Source: a virus (Duplodnaviria > Caudoviricetes). From it: DNA of 51,088 bases. Each line of letters begins with the position of its first letter. The first letter of the stretch is position 1. Shown here in pieces: positions 18,648 to 27,815 of the stretch. Both the position numbers and the translations under genes were made by a program. The DNA is taken from positions 1 through 51,088 of IMG/VR virus record IMGVR_UViG_3300042196_000046. The stretch is one strand, 5' to 3'. The notes beneath the pieces were generated by a model that worked only from the letters and a program-made list of their open reading frames with translations, searched no databases and was not told where the DNA came from.

Positions 18648-18986
18648 ATGAGCTACACCTTGCTACAGCATCACCATGAAGCGCTGGCGGTATCCACCCA
18701 TCCCTGGGAGCCTCCGCTGGAGTACGCCGCCCTGGCCCTCGCCGGCGAGGCGGGCGAGTTCGCCAACATGGTCAAGAAGAACTGGCGCCATTGGGGAGAG
18801 GTGGATCAGGGCGTCACCAATCGAGCGGCCAAGGCCATGGTCGAGGAGCTCGGCGACTGCCTCTGGTACATCGTGCTCGCCGCCGAGCGGTTGGGCGTGA
18901 CACTCGAGGACGTGGCGCAGCGCAACATCGACAAGCTGGTGGCGCGCAACGAGGCCAACCGGCAGGCTGATGGAATGGCAGAATGA
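18648..18986 (+). CDS. MazG-like nucleotide pyrophosphohydrolase
   Basis: LAGEAGEFANMVKK...EELGDCLWY...LEDVAQRNIDKL. Confidence 0.9.
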   Translation: MSYTLLQHHHEALAVSTHPWEPPLEYAALALAGEAGEFANMVKKNWRHWGEVDQGVTNRAAKAMVEELGDCLWYIVLAAERLGVTLEDVAQRNIDKLVARNEANRQADGMAE

Positions 18987-19495
18987 CCACCGTCCGCACG
19001 GTCTACCTGGCCGGCCCTATCTCCGGCAAGTCCTACGACGGCGCTACCGAATGGCGCCAGGGGTTCGACGTGATGCTGGGCGATCTGGTTGCGTCCATGC
19101 CCAGCAACGTCACGGTCGAGTGCCTGTCGCCGATGCGCGGCAAGGCATTCCTGGCGGGCCTGGAGAATCTGGGCCACTCGCCGGAGGAGATGGCTGGCTA
19201 CCAGAACGCCATGGCCTCCATGGAGGGCATTCTCAGCCGCGACAGCCACGACGTCGAGACGTGCGACGCGATGCTGGTGAACGTCCTGGACGCCGACACC
19301 GTGTCTCAAGGCACCGTCTTCGAGCTCGGCATGGCCTACGCCTGGCGGAAGCCTGTGGTCATGGTCGTGCCCCACGGGGAGCACCCTCACCGGCACGGCA
19401 TGACCATGGCGGCTGTGCTGTCGCGGGGCTACATCGCCCACTCGCTCGATGAAGCGGCGGCGCTGCTGGTTCACCTGTTGGTGCCGGGGGCCTGA
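18983..19495 (+). CDS. Nucleoside 2-deoxyribosyltransferase family protein
   Basis: VYLAGPI...RD...CDAMLVN...SQGTVFELGMAYAWRKPV. Confidence 0.88.
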   Translation: MTTVRTVYLAGPISGKSYDGATEWRQGFDVMLGDLVASMPSNVTVECLSPMRGKAFLAGLENLGHSPEEMAGYQNAMASMEGILSRDSHDVETCDAMLVNVLDADTVSQGTVFELGMAYAWRKPVVMVVPHGEHPHRHGMTMAAVLSRGYIAHSLDEAAALLVHLLVPGA

Positions 19496-19497
19496 CG

Positions 19498-20046
19498 ATG
19501 GCGACCGAAGTTCCAGACTGCGGCGACTGCGGCCAACGTGCCGCCGCCGGCCATTATTGCGTCCAGCGTCGCCCGCCCCAGAAGTGCGACGTCTTTATCT
19601 CCCGGAGCGGGACCGCAGAATGGAAAGAAACCAACCCCAAAGACGCTGAGGCACGCCAGGACAGCCGTGTCAGCCTGTCCCTGTTCCCCGACACTGCGGT
19701 TGTCGCCGGCGCGCTGGCCTTCACCGAGGGCGATGCCAAGTACGGCGGTCACAACTACCGCGTAGCCGGGGTGCGCGCGAGCGTCTATTACGACGCCGAA
19801 GAGCGCCACATGAAAGCGTGGCGCAACGGCGAGGACATCGACCCGGACAGCGGGCTGCCGCATCTGTGGAAGGCGCTCGCCTGCATCGCGGTACTGATCG
19901 ACGCGCAGGAGTGCGGGAAGCTCACCGACGATCGTCCGCCCCCGGCGCCGGTCGGCGATATGTTGACACGGCTGAAGATCGACGTGCGGCGCCTTTACGA
20001 GACGCACGTCGACCGCAAGACCCGAAGGTATACCGCCAAGACCTGA
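19498..20046 (+). CDS. dATP/dGTP diphosphohydrolase-domain protein (DUF5664-like) with Cys-rich N-terminus
   Basis: TNPKD...EGDAKYGGHNYR...YYDAEERHMKAWRNGEDIDPDSGLPHLWKALAC. Confidence 0.85.
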   Translation: MATEVPDCGDCGQRAAAGHYCVQRRPPQKCDVFISRSGTAEWKETNPKDAEARQDSRVSLSLFPDTAVVAGALAFTEGDAKYGGHNYRVAGVRASVYYDAEERHMKAWRNGEDIDPDSGLPHLWKALACIAVLIDAQECGKLTDDRPPPAPVGDMLTRLKIDVRRLYETHVDRKTRRYTAKT

Positions 20047-20112
20047 GAATTCGACGCGCTTCCGGGTGGTGTGGTAGGTTGGGACTGCCTGCCCATCACC
20101 CGGAATCACGTC

Positions 20113-20457
20113 ATGACTCTGCGCCTCGCCCGTGACGATCATGGGACGCCGGTCCCGCTCATGGCCTTGAAGCAGGCCGGCGGTCAGAAGATCTCCGTCA
20201 CCGCTACCTCGGCTCGCTCGACCGCCCTGGGCATCGGCGCCAACGGCGCCGGGTCATTCGTGCGCCTCTACTCCACCGAGGACTGCTACGTCAACCCGGG
20301 CGGCAGCGCGGTGGTCGCCCTGACAACGACCAGCCACTTTCTGCCGGCGGCGACCTACCTCGACATCTACGTCAAGGCCTCCCACCGCTACATCTCGGCG
20401 ATCCGCGCGACCGCGGACGGCACGCTGTACGTCAGCGAGCTCGAAGGCGAGGATTGA
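20113..20457 (+). CDS. Small virion / tail-associated protein
   Basis: Beta-rich 114 aa ending GTLYVSELE; opens the adsorption region. Confidence 0.6.
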   Translation: MTLRLARDDHGTPVPLMALKQAGGQKISVTATSARSTALGIGANGAGSFVRLYSTEDCYVNPGGSAVVALTTTSHFLPAATYLDIYVKASHRYISAIRATADGTLYVSELEGED

Positions 20458-21053
20458 TGCAGCGCCTCGGCCTGGGCGTGCGGAGCGTCGGGGCTCCGAC
20501 CAGGCCGCCCTCCCTGAGGATCACCGAGCTGCCTGTCTCCGTCGCGGCCAGCGACGATGATGCGCGCGAGGTGATCAGTTCTACAAACGTCTCCATCACG
20601 GTGTCGGCGCCGGTTTTTAACACTACCGATTTACACGGACTACGGTTCCAAAATATTACGATCCCAGCTGGGGCGGTGATTATAGACGCTTTCGTGCAAT
20701 TCACTGCGGCAGCGACAAACGCCGGGGCTCACACAAACACGATTTCTGGCGAGGCCGCTGACAACGCGGCAGCGTTCGTGGCGTCTAACACCAATGTCAG
20801 CGCACGGGCCGATACCACAGCCACAGTCTCGTGGAGCATCCCCGACTGGACATCTGACGATCGAACGGCCGCGCAGAAAAGCCCGGACATCAAGACGATC
20901 ATAAAGGCGATTGTGGATCGTGCGGGCTGGGTAAGTGGCAACTCCCTGGTGATCTTTATGCAGCGGACTGGCGGCGCGTCCAACCGATCATATGCCGCAT
21001 GGGATCATGCCACCTTAGAGGAGCCAACACTCACTGTGAGGTATCTTCAATGA
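20457..21053 (+). CDS. Adhesin-like beta-sandwich domain protein
   Basis: DDARE...GLRFQNITIPAGAVIIDAFVQFT...SPDIKTIIKAIVDRAGWVSGNSLVI...PTLTVRY, a module recalled from extracellular/pilus adhesins. Confidence 0.6.
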   Translation: MQRLGLGVRSVGAPTRPPSLRITELPVSVAASDDDAREVISSTNVSITVSAPVFNTTDLHGLRFQNITIPAGAVIIDAFVQFTAAATNAGAHTNTISGEAADNAAAFVASNTNVSARADTTATVSWSIPDWTSDDRTAAQKSPDIKTIIKAIVDRAGWVSGNSLVIFMQRTGGASNRSYAAWDHATLEEPTLTVRYLQ

Positions 21054-21237
21054 CAGTCTCTCGGACAGCGCACTCGCTGCGCTCTTTGCCGCGGTCCCGG
21101 TTCCACAGGGCCCCGTCAGCATGCTCGCATTATCGACGAGCGATCCAGCAACTCAGCAGGAAATGCAGTCACTTGCCGATAAAATCGACAATCTCATGAC
21201 CCACATCGATCTATCACATCTGTTGAATGTGGAGTAG
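21050..21237 (+). pseudogene. Frame-disrupted paralogue of the downstream small fibre protein
   Basis: Frame from 21061 reads SDSALAALFAAVPVPQGPVSMLALSTSDPATQQEMQSLADKIDNLM..., aligning with 21244-21462, but the coupled ATG at 21050 is in another frame. Confidence 0.6.
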
Positions 21238-21243
21238 GCCAGC

Positions 21244-21462
21244 ATGGCTACTGTGACTGATCCAACGACCGGACTTCCGGCGTCGCCATCGACTGCTTTG
21301 GCGAACATCTATGCTCTGATCGTGACGGAAACGCCGGAAACTACAATCAGCGTCTTGTCGTTAACGGTGAGCGATCCGCCGACTCAGGCGGAGTGCCAAG
21401 CAATAGCCGACAAGCTCGACGAGCTGATCTTGCTTCTGAAAGAAAGCGGGTTGATCCTATGA
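21244..21462 (+). CDS. Small head-fibre-like protein
   Basis: SDPPTQAECQAIADKLDELILLLKESGLI trimerisation-like end typical of head-fibre proteins. Confidence 0.6.
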   Translation: MATVTDPTTGLPASPSTALANIYALIVTETPETTISVLSLTVSDPPTQAECQAIADKLDELILLLKESGLIL

Positions 21463-22904
21463 AGTGGCCAATCTTCTCGATCGCCTGCGTGTTGGTGGCA
21501 AGCCAAGCGCAAGCCCAACAGCTCGCCTTTCCTGGCGCTGAGGGCTTTGGGCGGTTTGCTGCCGGTGGCCGCGGCGGGACCGTCTACCGCGTGACGAATC
21601 TAAACGACACCGGGGCCGGCAGCTTGCGAGATTGCATCGAAGCAACGGGCGCTCGGACGTGCGTGTTTGACGTGGGGGGGGATTGGGTCAGCGAAACGGC
21701 GCTTACCGTAACGAATTCGAACCTTACGATTGCCGGAGAAACCGCCCCACCGCCCGGCGTCACGTTGAAGCTCATACCGGCGCCCGATACCGATCCTCTG
21801 ATCATCACTGCCTCTGATGTGATCGTGAGGTTCATCGCTGTTGAGAACGGCCGGCGCAGCCCTGGTTCGTCAGCCACGCGAGACGGGCTTTCAGTCACTA
21901 AGGATGCGGCTGATGTAATTCTCGACCACGTAAGCGTCAGATATGGTATTGACGAGACCCTGGAACTTGAAGGCTGCAACGTCACGGTGCAGAACAGCAT
22001 CGTGGCTTGGGGCTTGGAGGACGCGGGGCACGACGACGGCAACCACTCCAAGGGAGTTCTGGCCCAAGGCGGCGGCACACAAGGGCCTCATCCAGTAGAT
22101 TGCAGCGTTACGTTGTTCCGGGTTTTGGTGGCTCACGCCAACGACCGGCTTCCAGAGATCTGGGGGAGCTACGATTTTGTGCAGGTATCTAATCTGCTTG
22201 CCTATAACCCAGATCAAAGCTTCTTTGAACTGAAGCAATCTGATGACGATGATGATTTCTTTCTCGACATCATCAGTTCGGCCTGCATCGCAGGGCCGGA
22301 TACGATTGGCACAATCCCGACCTGTCTGGATTTGCGCGGGTCAACCGAAGTCTTGGACCCCTGCCCGCCGATTTCGCTATACTATTCCGATCTGCTCTTA
22401 TCCTCTGGCGTTTCGGAGTATGACAGTACGGACGGCGCGCCGACCGAAGCAAATCCATGTCGAATAAATGGCGTCGTGCCGTCCGAATGGATACGGGCCA
22501 CGCCGGACGGTAGCATGCCGACGATCTCTAGCGTTATTCCGGCCGCCGACATGTACACCGAAATGCTTCCGTACATCGGGCGCACCTTGCCTCTGCGGCC
22601 AATTGTCGATCAGCTAGTGGTTAATAACGTCTTGGAAGGAACCGGAAGCATCATTAACAGCGCCGCTCCAATTGTGCCGACGGTCCTTTTCAACAATGCA
22701 CTAAACGCCCTCCTGGCTTCCTGCCCCTGCGACTGGCGCAGCGTTGACACCGATGGTGACGGGATGCCGAATACTTATGAGCGCGCGAACGGCTTCGATC
22801 CGTTTGATGATGCAGACGGCGTAGAAGACGAGGACGCCGATGGCTATGACAACTTCGAGGAGTATCTGCACTACCGTGCGTCTCTGGCGCCTTCGGCGAG
22901 TTGA
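21459..22904 (+). CDS. Pectate lyase-like (PL1) beta-helix protein with Sec signal peptide, copy 1
   Basis: MKWPIFSIACVLVASQAQA-QQLAFPGAEGFG...GGRGG...VTNLNDTGAGSLR, ILDH...DET, HSKG, NDRLP, C-terminal DTDGDGMPN...NFEEYL. Confidence 0.88.
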   Translation: MKWPIFSIACVLVASQAQAQQLAFPGAEGFGRFAAGGRGGTVYRVTNLNDTGAGSLRDCIEATGARTCVFDVGGDWVSETALTVTNSNLTIAGETAPPPGVTLKLIPAPDTDPLIITASDVIVRFIAVENGRRSPGSSATRDGLSVTKDAADVILDHVSVRYGIDETLELEGCNVTVQNSIVAWGLEDAGHDDGNHSKGVLAQGGGTQGPHPVDCSVTLFRVLVAHANDRLPEIWGSYDFVQVSNLLAYNPDQSFFELKQSDDDDDFFLDIISSACIAGPDTIGTIPTCLDLRGSTEVLDPCPPISLYYSDLLLSSGVSEYDSTDGAPTEANPCRINGVVPSEWIRATPDGSMPTISSVIPAADMYTEMLPYIGRTLPLRPIVDQLVVNNVLEGTGSIINSAAPIVPTVLFNNALNALLASCPCDWRSVDTDGDGMPNTYERANGFDPFDDADGVEDEDADGYDNFEEYLHYRASLAPSAS

Positions 22905-22911
22905 GGGGGGA

Positions 22912-24324
22912 ATGGCAATGGTGAAAGCCCTCTTGACCGTGGCCGCTCTGCTGCTAGTCGCTGGCAGCGCTTCCGCTCAGCAGCTGGCGTTCCCTGGTGC
23001 TGAGGGATATGGCCGGTTCTCAGTCGGCGGACGGGGTGGCGTCGCATATCTGGTGACGAACACCAACGACAGCGGACCGGGAAGTCTCCGCGCTTGCATC
23101 GAGGCCACGGTCCCGCGAACCTGCGTCTTCAGGGTTGGTGGGATCTGGACCAGTGCAACGGCGCTTACCGTGACCAGTCCATTCCTGACTATCGCTGGCG
23201 AGACGGCGCCACCGCCTGGGGTCACTCTGCGGATCAACGACGCGGTTGACACCGACCCGCTAATCATCGCTGCGGACGATGTAATTGTGCGGTTCATCGC
23301 CGCTGAGAACTCGCCCAGGGTAGGCAGCACCTCCAACACTCGGGACGGCCTCTCGGTCACGACAGCGGCCGACCGCATAATTCTCGACCATGTGAGCGTG
23401 CGGTTCGGGATCGACGAGACACTTGACCCAAGCGGATGCGACATGACGGTGCAGAACAGCATCGTGGCTTGGGGGCTCGAGAACGCCGGCCATGCGGAGG
23501 GCGTCCACTCCAAGGGACTGTTGGCTCAGAACGCCATCGACGGCTGCGACCTCAGTCTGATCAGGGTGCTGCTTGCCAACAGCAATGACCGGATGCCGGA
23601 CATCGAGCGCTACGACAACGTGCAGATTGTCAACATGTTGTCCTACAACGCAGATGGCGACTTCGGCGAGTTCCGCACGCCAGACGGCTCTACTATGAAC
23701 TTGGACGTGATCGGGTCGGAGTGCCGCGCCGGTCCTGCCACCATTGGCACCATTCCGCCGTGCATCAGGATCGCCGAGGCGGGCGGAGCCTCGGAGGTAT
23801 ATGAGGTCTACATCGACGATGTGATCCCCGCGACCGGCTCAGTTGGAGTGCTCGGCACCGGCGACGACGTGTGGCAGGTGCTTGAAGATCATGGCATGCC
23901 TACAATCGACACGATCCTGGCCGCGGGAGACCTCAACGACATGCTCCCGCTCATCGGGCGCACCCTTCCTATGCGGGACATCTTCGATTTGACCGTTACG
24001 GAAAACGCAATCGAGGCGGGCACAAACGACAGCATCGCGCGTGGCGGCAAAATCATCGACGCTGTGCCTGTGAGCGTTCCCACTGTTGAGGCTGGCCTGG
24101 TTATCTCGAGCCTGGCGGCTTCCTGCCCATGCGACTGGAGAGTGGTCGATACGGACGGGGATGGGATGCCGAACTACTACGAAGCGATCAACGGCTTCAA
24201 CCCCTATTCTGCCACGGACGGCGCCGAAGAGGCCGTCAGCGGGTACACCAACCTAGAGGAATACCTGCACCAGATGGCTGCGCGCACCCCGGGGACGTGG
24301 CCCGCCGCTGGGTCGCCGGAGTAA
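22912..24324 (+). CDS. Pectate lyase-like (PL1) beta-helix protein with Sec signal peptide, copy 2
   Basis: MVKALLTVAALLLVAGSASA-QQLAFPGAEGYG...GGRGG...NDSGPGSLR, ILDH...DET, HSKG, NDRMP, DTDGDGMPN...TNLEEYL. Confidence 0.88.
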   Translation: MAMVKALLTVAALLLVAGSASAQQLAFPGAEGYGRFSVGGRGGVAYLVTNTNDSGPGSLRACIEATVPRTCVFRVGGIWTSATALTVTSPFLTIAGETAPPPGVTLRINDAVDTDPLIIAADDVIVRFIAAENSPRVGSTSNTRDGLSVTTAADRIILDHVSVRFGIDETLDPSGCDMTVQNSIVAWGLENAGHAEGVHSKGLLAQNAIDGCDLSLIRVLLANSNDRMPDIERYDNVQIVNMLSYNADGDFGEFRTPDGSTMNLDVIGSECRAGPATIGTIPPCIRIAEAGGASEVYEVYIDDVIPATGSVGVLGTGDDVWQVLEDHGMPTIDTILAAGDLNDMLPLIGRTLPMRDIFDLTVTENAIEAGTNDSIARGGKIIDAVPVSVPTVEAGLVISSLAASCPCDWRVVDTDGDGMPNYYEAINGFNPYSATDGAEEAVSGYTNLEEYLHQMAARTPGTWPAAGSPE

Positions 24325-24330
24325 CCTAGA

Positions 24331-27063
24331 ATGGCCTTCGACATCATCAACGCGACCCTGCTGAGTAAGCTGGACGACGGCAGCAATGACCAGTTCTCCG
24401 TCGCCTATCCGGCCGAGCGGTCTGCCGACAGCTATGCCAGCGTCGGTCACTTCATGGTTGCGCCCTACCTGCAAGCCATCCTGACGGTCGGCGTCGGGTT
24501 CCTGGTCTCCTTCGAGGCCAGTACGATCGACATCACCTATCTGAACGATACGCCGATCCCAGGCGGCCAGGTGGTCACGCTGCAGCTCGAGCTTGCCGCC
24601 GGGCTGTCCTTGGTTACGGACGGGTCGATCTCAACCTCCAAGCTGGCCGACACCGCCGTCACCGCGGCGAAGATCGGGGCCGGGGCGGTCACCACCGCCA
24701 AGATCCTCGACGGCAACGTCACCGACGCTAAGCTCGCCAGCACGTTCCTCAAGCCCGCCCAGATCGCCACAGGCGCCATCACGCCCTACGACGGCGCCCT
24801 GGACCTCTCGGGCGGCCTGGGGAGCGGCGGGGCCTGGGGCGGGATCACAGGCACCCTGACCGAACAGAGCGATCTGGTGACCGCTCTGGACGGCAAGGCG
24901 GACACGAGCCACAACCAGACGCTGAGCACCATCACGGACGCCGGCTCTCTGGCCGCCAAGAACACGGTGGCCGCCGGCGACATCGACGCTGGAGCCGTGA
25001 CGGCGACCGAGCTCGAGGACGGGGCGGTCACCGAGGACAAGCTAGACGACGCCGTGGTGAGCGCCGGCAAGCTGGCCTCACTCTCGGTGCTCGAGGAGAA
25101 GCTGGCAGACGGCGCTGTCACGGTGAGCAAGCTGGGAGACAGGGCTGTCACCGCAGCGAAGATGTCCGGCACCGCCTACCGCACGCTCTACCTCGACAGC
25201 GCTGGCGATGCCCAGGAGCTGGCGCACGGCACCTCGGGCTTGCCGCTGGTCAGCGCAGGAGCCTCGGCCAATCCGGCGTGGGGGCAGATCGCGGCGGCGG
25301 GTATCGCGTCGGACGCGGTGACCACCGCGAAGATCCTCGACGGAAATGTCACCACAGACAAAATTCTCGACGACAATATCACCACCGCGAAGATCCTCGA
25401 CGCGAATGTCACCACGGCGAAGCTAGACGCTGACGCTTTGGCCTTGACCTCCAATCACGCTCCGGGCCTGACCACGCTCGAAGGCTTCACTCTCGTCAAC
25501 GACTTTACCCCGCCCTACGGAATGACTTCGCAGGTAAGCGGAGAAGATATTACAGCCTTGGTCGGGGGCGGGAGCGGGGCTAATACACTGGCCCCCTCTA
25601 GTGCATCCGCCGGCGAAATCACCGCTCACTCCACCGGAGGCATCCGCTTCAACACCAGCTCCTCGAGCGCGCTCCTCACTCTAGGCACTCAATCGATCGC
25701 ATCTGACTACGTGACAATTGTGGTGGCTTTCTGGCCGATCACTGTTGCGGGCACGTGCCACCTGTTTACGAAGCACGATCACGGCGGCGGATATGGCATA
25801 GACGTAACTCTTAGCTCAACGAACATCAGTGTTGCTGTTTATACTGCTGCCTCTACCGTAACCAATGTTTTCTCGACGCCCTGGGAAGCGAACAAGCTAA
25901 ATGTCTTTGCCGTCACCTATCGTCGAGACACCGGCGCCTTCGCGTGGGCGAAGAACGTTACGACTACGCGTTACGGCTCCGGTACGGACGACATAGGAGC
26001 TGACTGGTCGGGTCAGACGTCTCTTGCCATCTTTGTTGGTCAAGGTAGCAGCAGTACCTGTGAGTACGTCTGGTTTGGCGCGCAGGAATACACCAGCAGT
26101 GTTGCAGCGTCTCGCGCTCAACTTGAGGCGCTAGTCCGGTTCGGTGCGACGCGTTTCCTGCCGAGCGCCAAGGTCGGCCCCGGCCACCTCGCCCCGGACG
26201 CCGCCGCAGGGCTCCGCGCCGCCTCCACCTCCGCCACAGGCGTGCTACGGATCGCCACCCAGACCGAGACAACCGACCTGACCTCGGCCACGCTCGCGGT
26301 CTGCCCTTTGTACCTGTCAGACGCGATGGACGCCGCTCTTGGCGCGGCGGTCGTTGGCGCCCTGCCGATCGACGATCGCACCGGCACAGGCAGCGCCATC
26401 ACGCTCGACAGGACGAAGTCGGGCTATAACCACTTAATCGACGAAAATGCCACCATTGATGAAAATTGGGCCGGCGAGAAAGTCGTACGCATTACGAACG
26501 TCGATAGCTCTGATCATACGCTGTCCGCCGGCGGCACCGGCACGATCAACGGGGCGTCCTCAATTACCATCGTTGCCGGCGGGTCGGTCACGGTCGAGGT
26601 CCGCAGCAACGCCGCCACCGCGCCGATCTGCTTTGCCGAGGGCGACACCACTGAAGATCATACGGTCTACGGGGCTACAGACTTCAACGATGAAGTTGTC
26701 AGTCAAGCCGAGCTGAAGGACTACTCAGAGACCAGCACCACGCCGACCAGTTCATCCGGCACGCTGGCCCTGGATCTCGAGAGCGGCAACGTCTTTGAGG
26801 TGGCGTTGAGCGAGAACGTCAGCACTCTCACTTTCGATAACCCGCCAGCCACCGGCAAAGCTGGGTCGTTCTTGCTGATCGTTGTGCAGGATAGCACTGC
26901 CCGCACCATAGCCTGGCCGGCGAGCGTCCATTGGGCCGGCGGCACCGCGCCGACCCTAAGCACGGGCAGCGGTGACATCGACATCTTTAGCTTCGTCACC
27001 CGCAACGCCGGTACCGCTTGGTACGGCTTCGTTGGCGGACAAGCCTTCGCGGTGCCGGCATGA
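24331..27063 (+). CDS. Long fibre protein (910 aa)
   Basis: Shared N-terminal module, VTTAKILDGN decapeptide repeats, central lectin/LamG-like segment, C-terminal module shared with the 4084 protein. Confidence 0.8.
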   Translation: MAFDIINATLLSKLDDGSNDQFSVAYPAERSADSYASVGHFMVAPYLQAILTVGVGFLVSFEASTIDITYLNDTPIPGGQVVTLQLELAAGLSLVTDGSISTSKLADTAVTAAKIGAGAVTTAKILDGNVTDAKLASTFLKPAQIATGAITPYDGALDLSGGLGSGGAWGGITGTLTEQSDLVTALDGKADTSHNQTLSTITDAGSLAAKNTVAAGDIDAGAVTATELEDGAVTEDKLDDAVVSAGKLASLSVLEEKLADGAVTVSKLGDRAVTAAKMSGTAYRTLYLDSAGDAQELAHGTSGLPLVSAGASANPAWGQIAAAGIASDAVTTAKILDGNVTTDKILDDNITTAKILDANVTTAKLDADALALTSNHAPGLTTLEGFTLVNDFTPPYGMTSQVSGEDITALVGGGSGANTLAPSSASAGEITAHSTGGIRFNTSSSSALLTLGTQSIASDYVTIVVAFWPITVAGTCHLFTKHDHGGGYGIDVTLSSTNISVAVYTAASTVTNVFSTPWEANKLNVFAVTYRRDTGAFAWAKNVTTTRYGSGTDDIGADWSGQTSLAIFVGQGSSSTCEYVWFGAQEYTSSVAASRAQLEALVRFGATRFLPSAKVGPGHLAPDAAAGLRAASTSATGVLRIATQTETTDLTSATLAVCPLYLSDAMDAALGAAVVGALPIDDRTGTGSAITLDRTKSGYNHLIDENATIDENWAGEKVVRITNVDSSDHTLSAGGTGTINGASSITIVAGGSVTVEVRSNAATAPICFAEGDTTEDHTVYGATDFNDEVVSQAELKDYSETSTTPTSSSGTLALDLESGNVFEVALSENVSTLTFDNPPATGKAGSFLLIVVQDSTARTIAWPASVHWAGGTAPTLSTGSGDIDIFSFVTRNAGTAWYGFVGGQAFAVPA
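25318..25428 (+). repeat. 30-bp coding tandem repeats (VTTAKILDGN)
   Basis: About four degenerate units of accaccgcgaagatcctcgacg(g/c)...; another unit near 24688-24720. Confidence 0.8.
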
Positions 27064-27806
27064 TCGGTGCGGCGCGCGCCTGCGTGATCGCCGAGAAAGG
27101 CGCAGCGCCGACTCCCGGCGCGGCCCCGGCCTACTCCTCGAGTGGCACTGGCGCGGCGGTTTCTCTCGGCGCTCTCAGCCCAACCCAGCCGGCGACGATC
27201 GCTGCTGGCGATTTGCTGATCATGCACGCGCTCGCCTACAGCGGGGACAACGACACCACCTTTGCGATCGACACGCCGACCGGATGGACCGCGTTCGCCG
27301 GCAACCCGTACAACGCCGCGGGCAAGGTTCGCGTGTGGGCGTTCTCGCGGCCGGCGGTCGGCGATGAAGACGGCGCGTCCGTGGCTTGCACAAGCGCCGG
27401 GCAAAATGCGCCCACCGGCACCTACGCCCAGATCCACCGCTTTACCGCCGCAGACGGCTTCCACCCGACAACCCCCATCAGAGGCATTGCCTTCGTCGCC
27501 GGGTCCGGCACCAGCCTCAGCATGCCAACCGTCACGCCGGACGGTGGGGGGCAACTGGCGGTCGCCCTGGCCGCCCTGTGCGATGGCACCAATGGCGGGG
27601 ACATTCTCGGAAATTCCACCGGGGAGAGCGGCGGGGACTGGACCCAGGCGGCGGAGTTCAGCTCTGCGGCGGCCAGCGACGGCACCCTCCAGGTCCAGAC
27701 CAGCGACCAGTCTGGGGGCGGCGCTGTCTCAGGAGGTACCACGACTTCCAGCCTGAGCGAGGCTTGGGGCATTCTCAGCTTCCGCCTCGCGCCCGCCAAT
27801 GTGTAG
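27060..27806 (+). CDS. Fibre-associated structural protein
   Basis: ATGA-coupled to the fibre; PATIAAGDLLI...TPTGWT pattern; G/A/S/T-rich. Confidence 0.65.
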   Translation: MIGAARACVIAEKGAAPTPGAAPAYSSSGTGAAVSLGALSPTQPATIAAGDLLIMHALAYSGDNDTTFAIDTPTGWTAFAGNPYNAAGKVRVWAFSRPAVGDEDGASVACTSAGQNAPTGTYAQIHRFTAADGFHPTTPIRGIAFVAGSGTSLSMPTVTPDGGGQLAVALAALCDGTNGGDILGNSTGESGGDWTQAAEFSSAAASDGTLQVQTSDQSGGGAVSGGTTTSSLSEAWGILSFRLAPANV

Positions 27807-27815
27807 GCACTGGCC

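Noticed and set aside
18648-20046. 2-aminoadenine (Z-genome) pathway
   Set aside because: No PurZ-like gene and no DNA polymerase were seen, although MazG and dATP/dGTP hydrolase-like genes are present.
21459-24324. Diversity-generating retroelement template/variable repeat pair
   Set aside because: Similarity spans whole paralogous genes, differences are not adenine-specific, and no reverse transcriptase is present.
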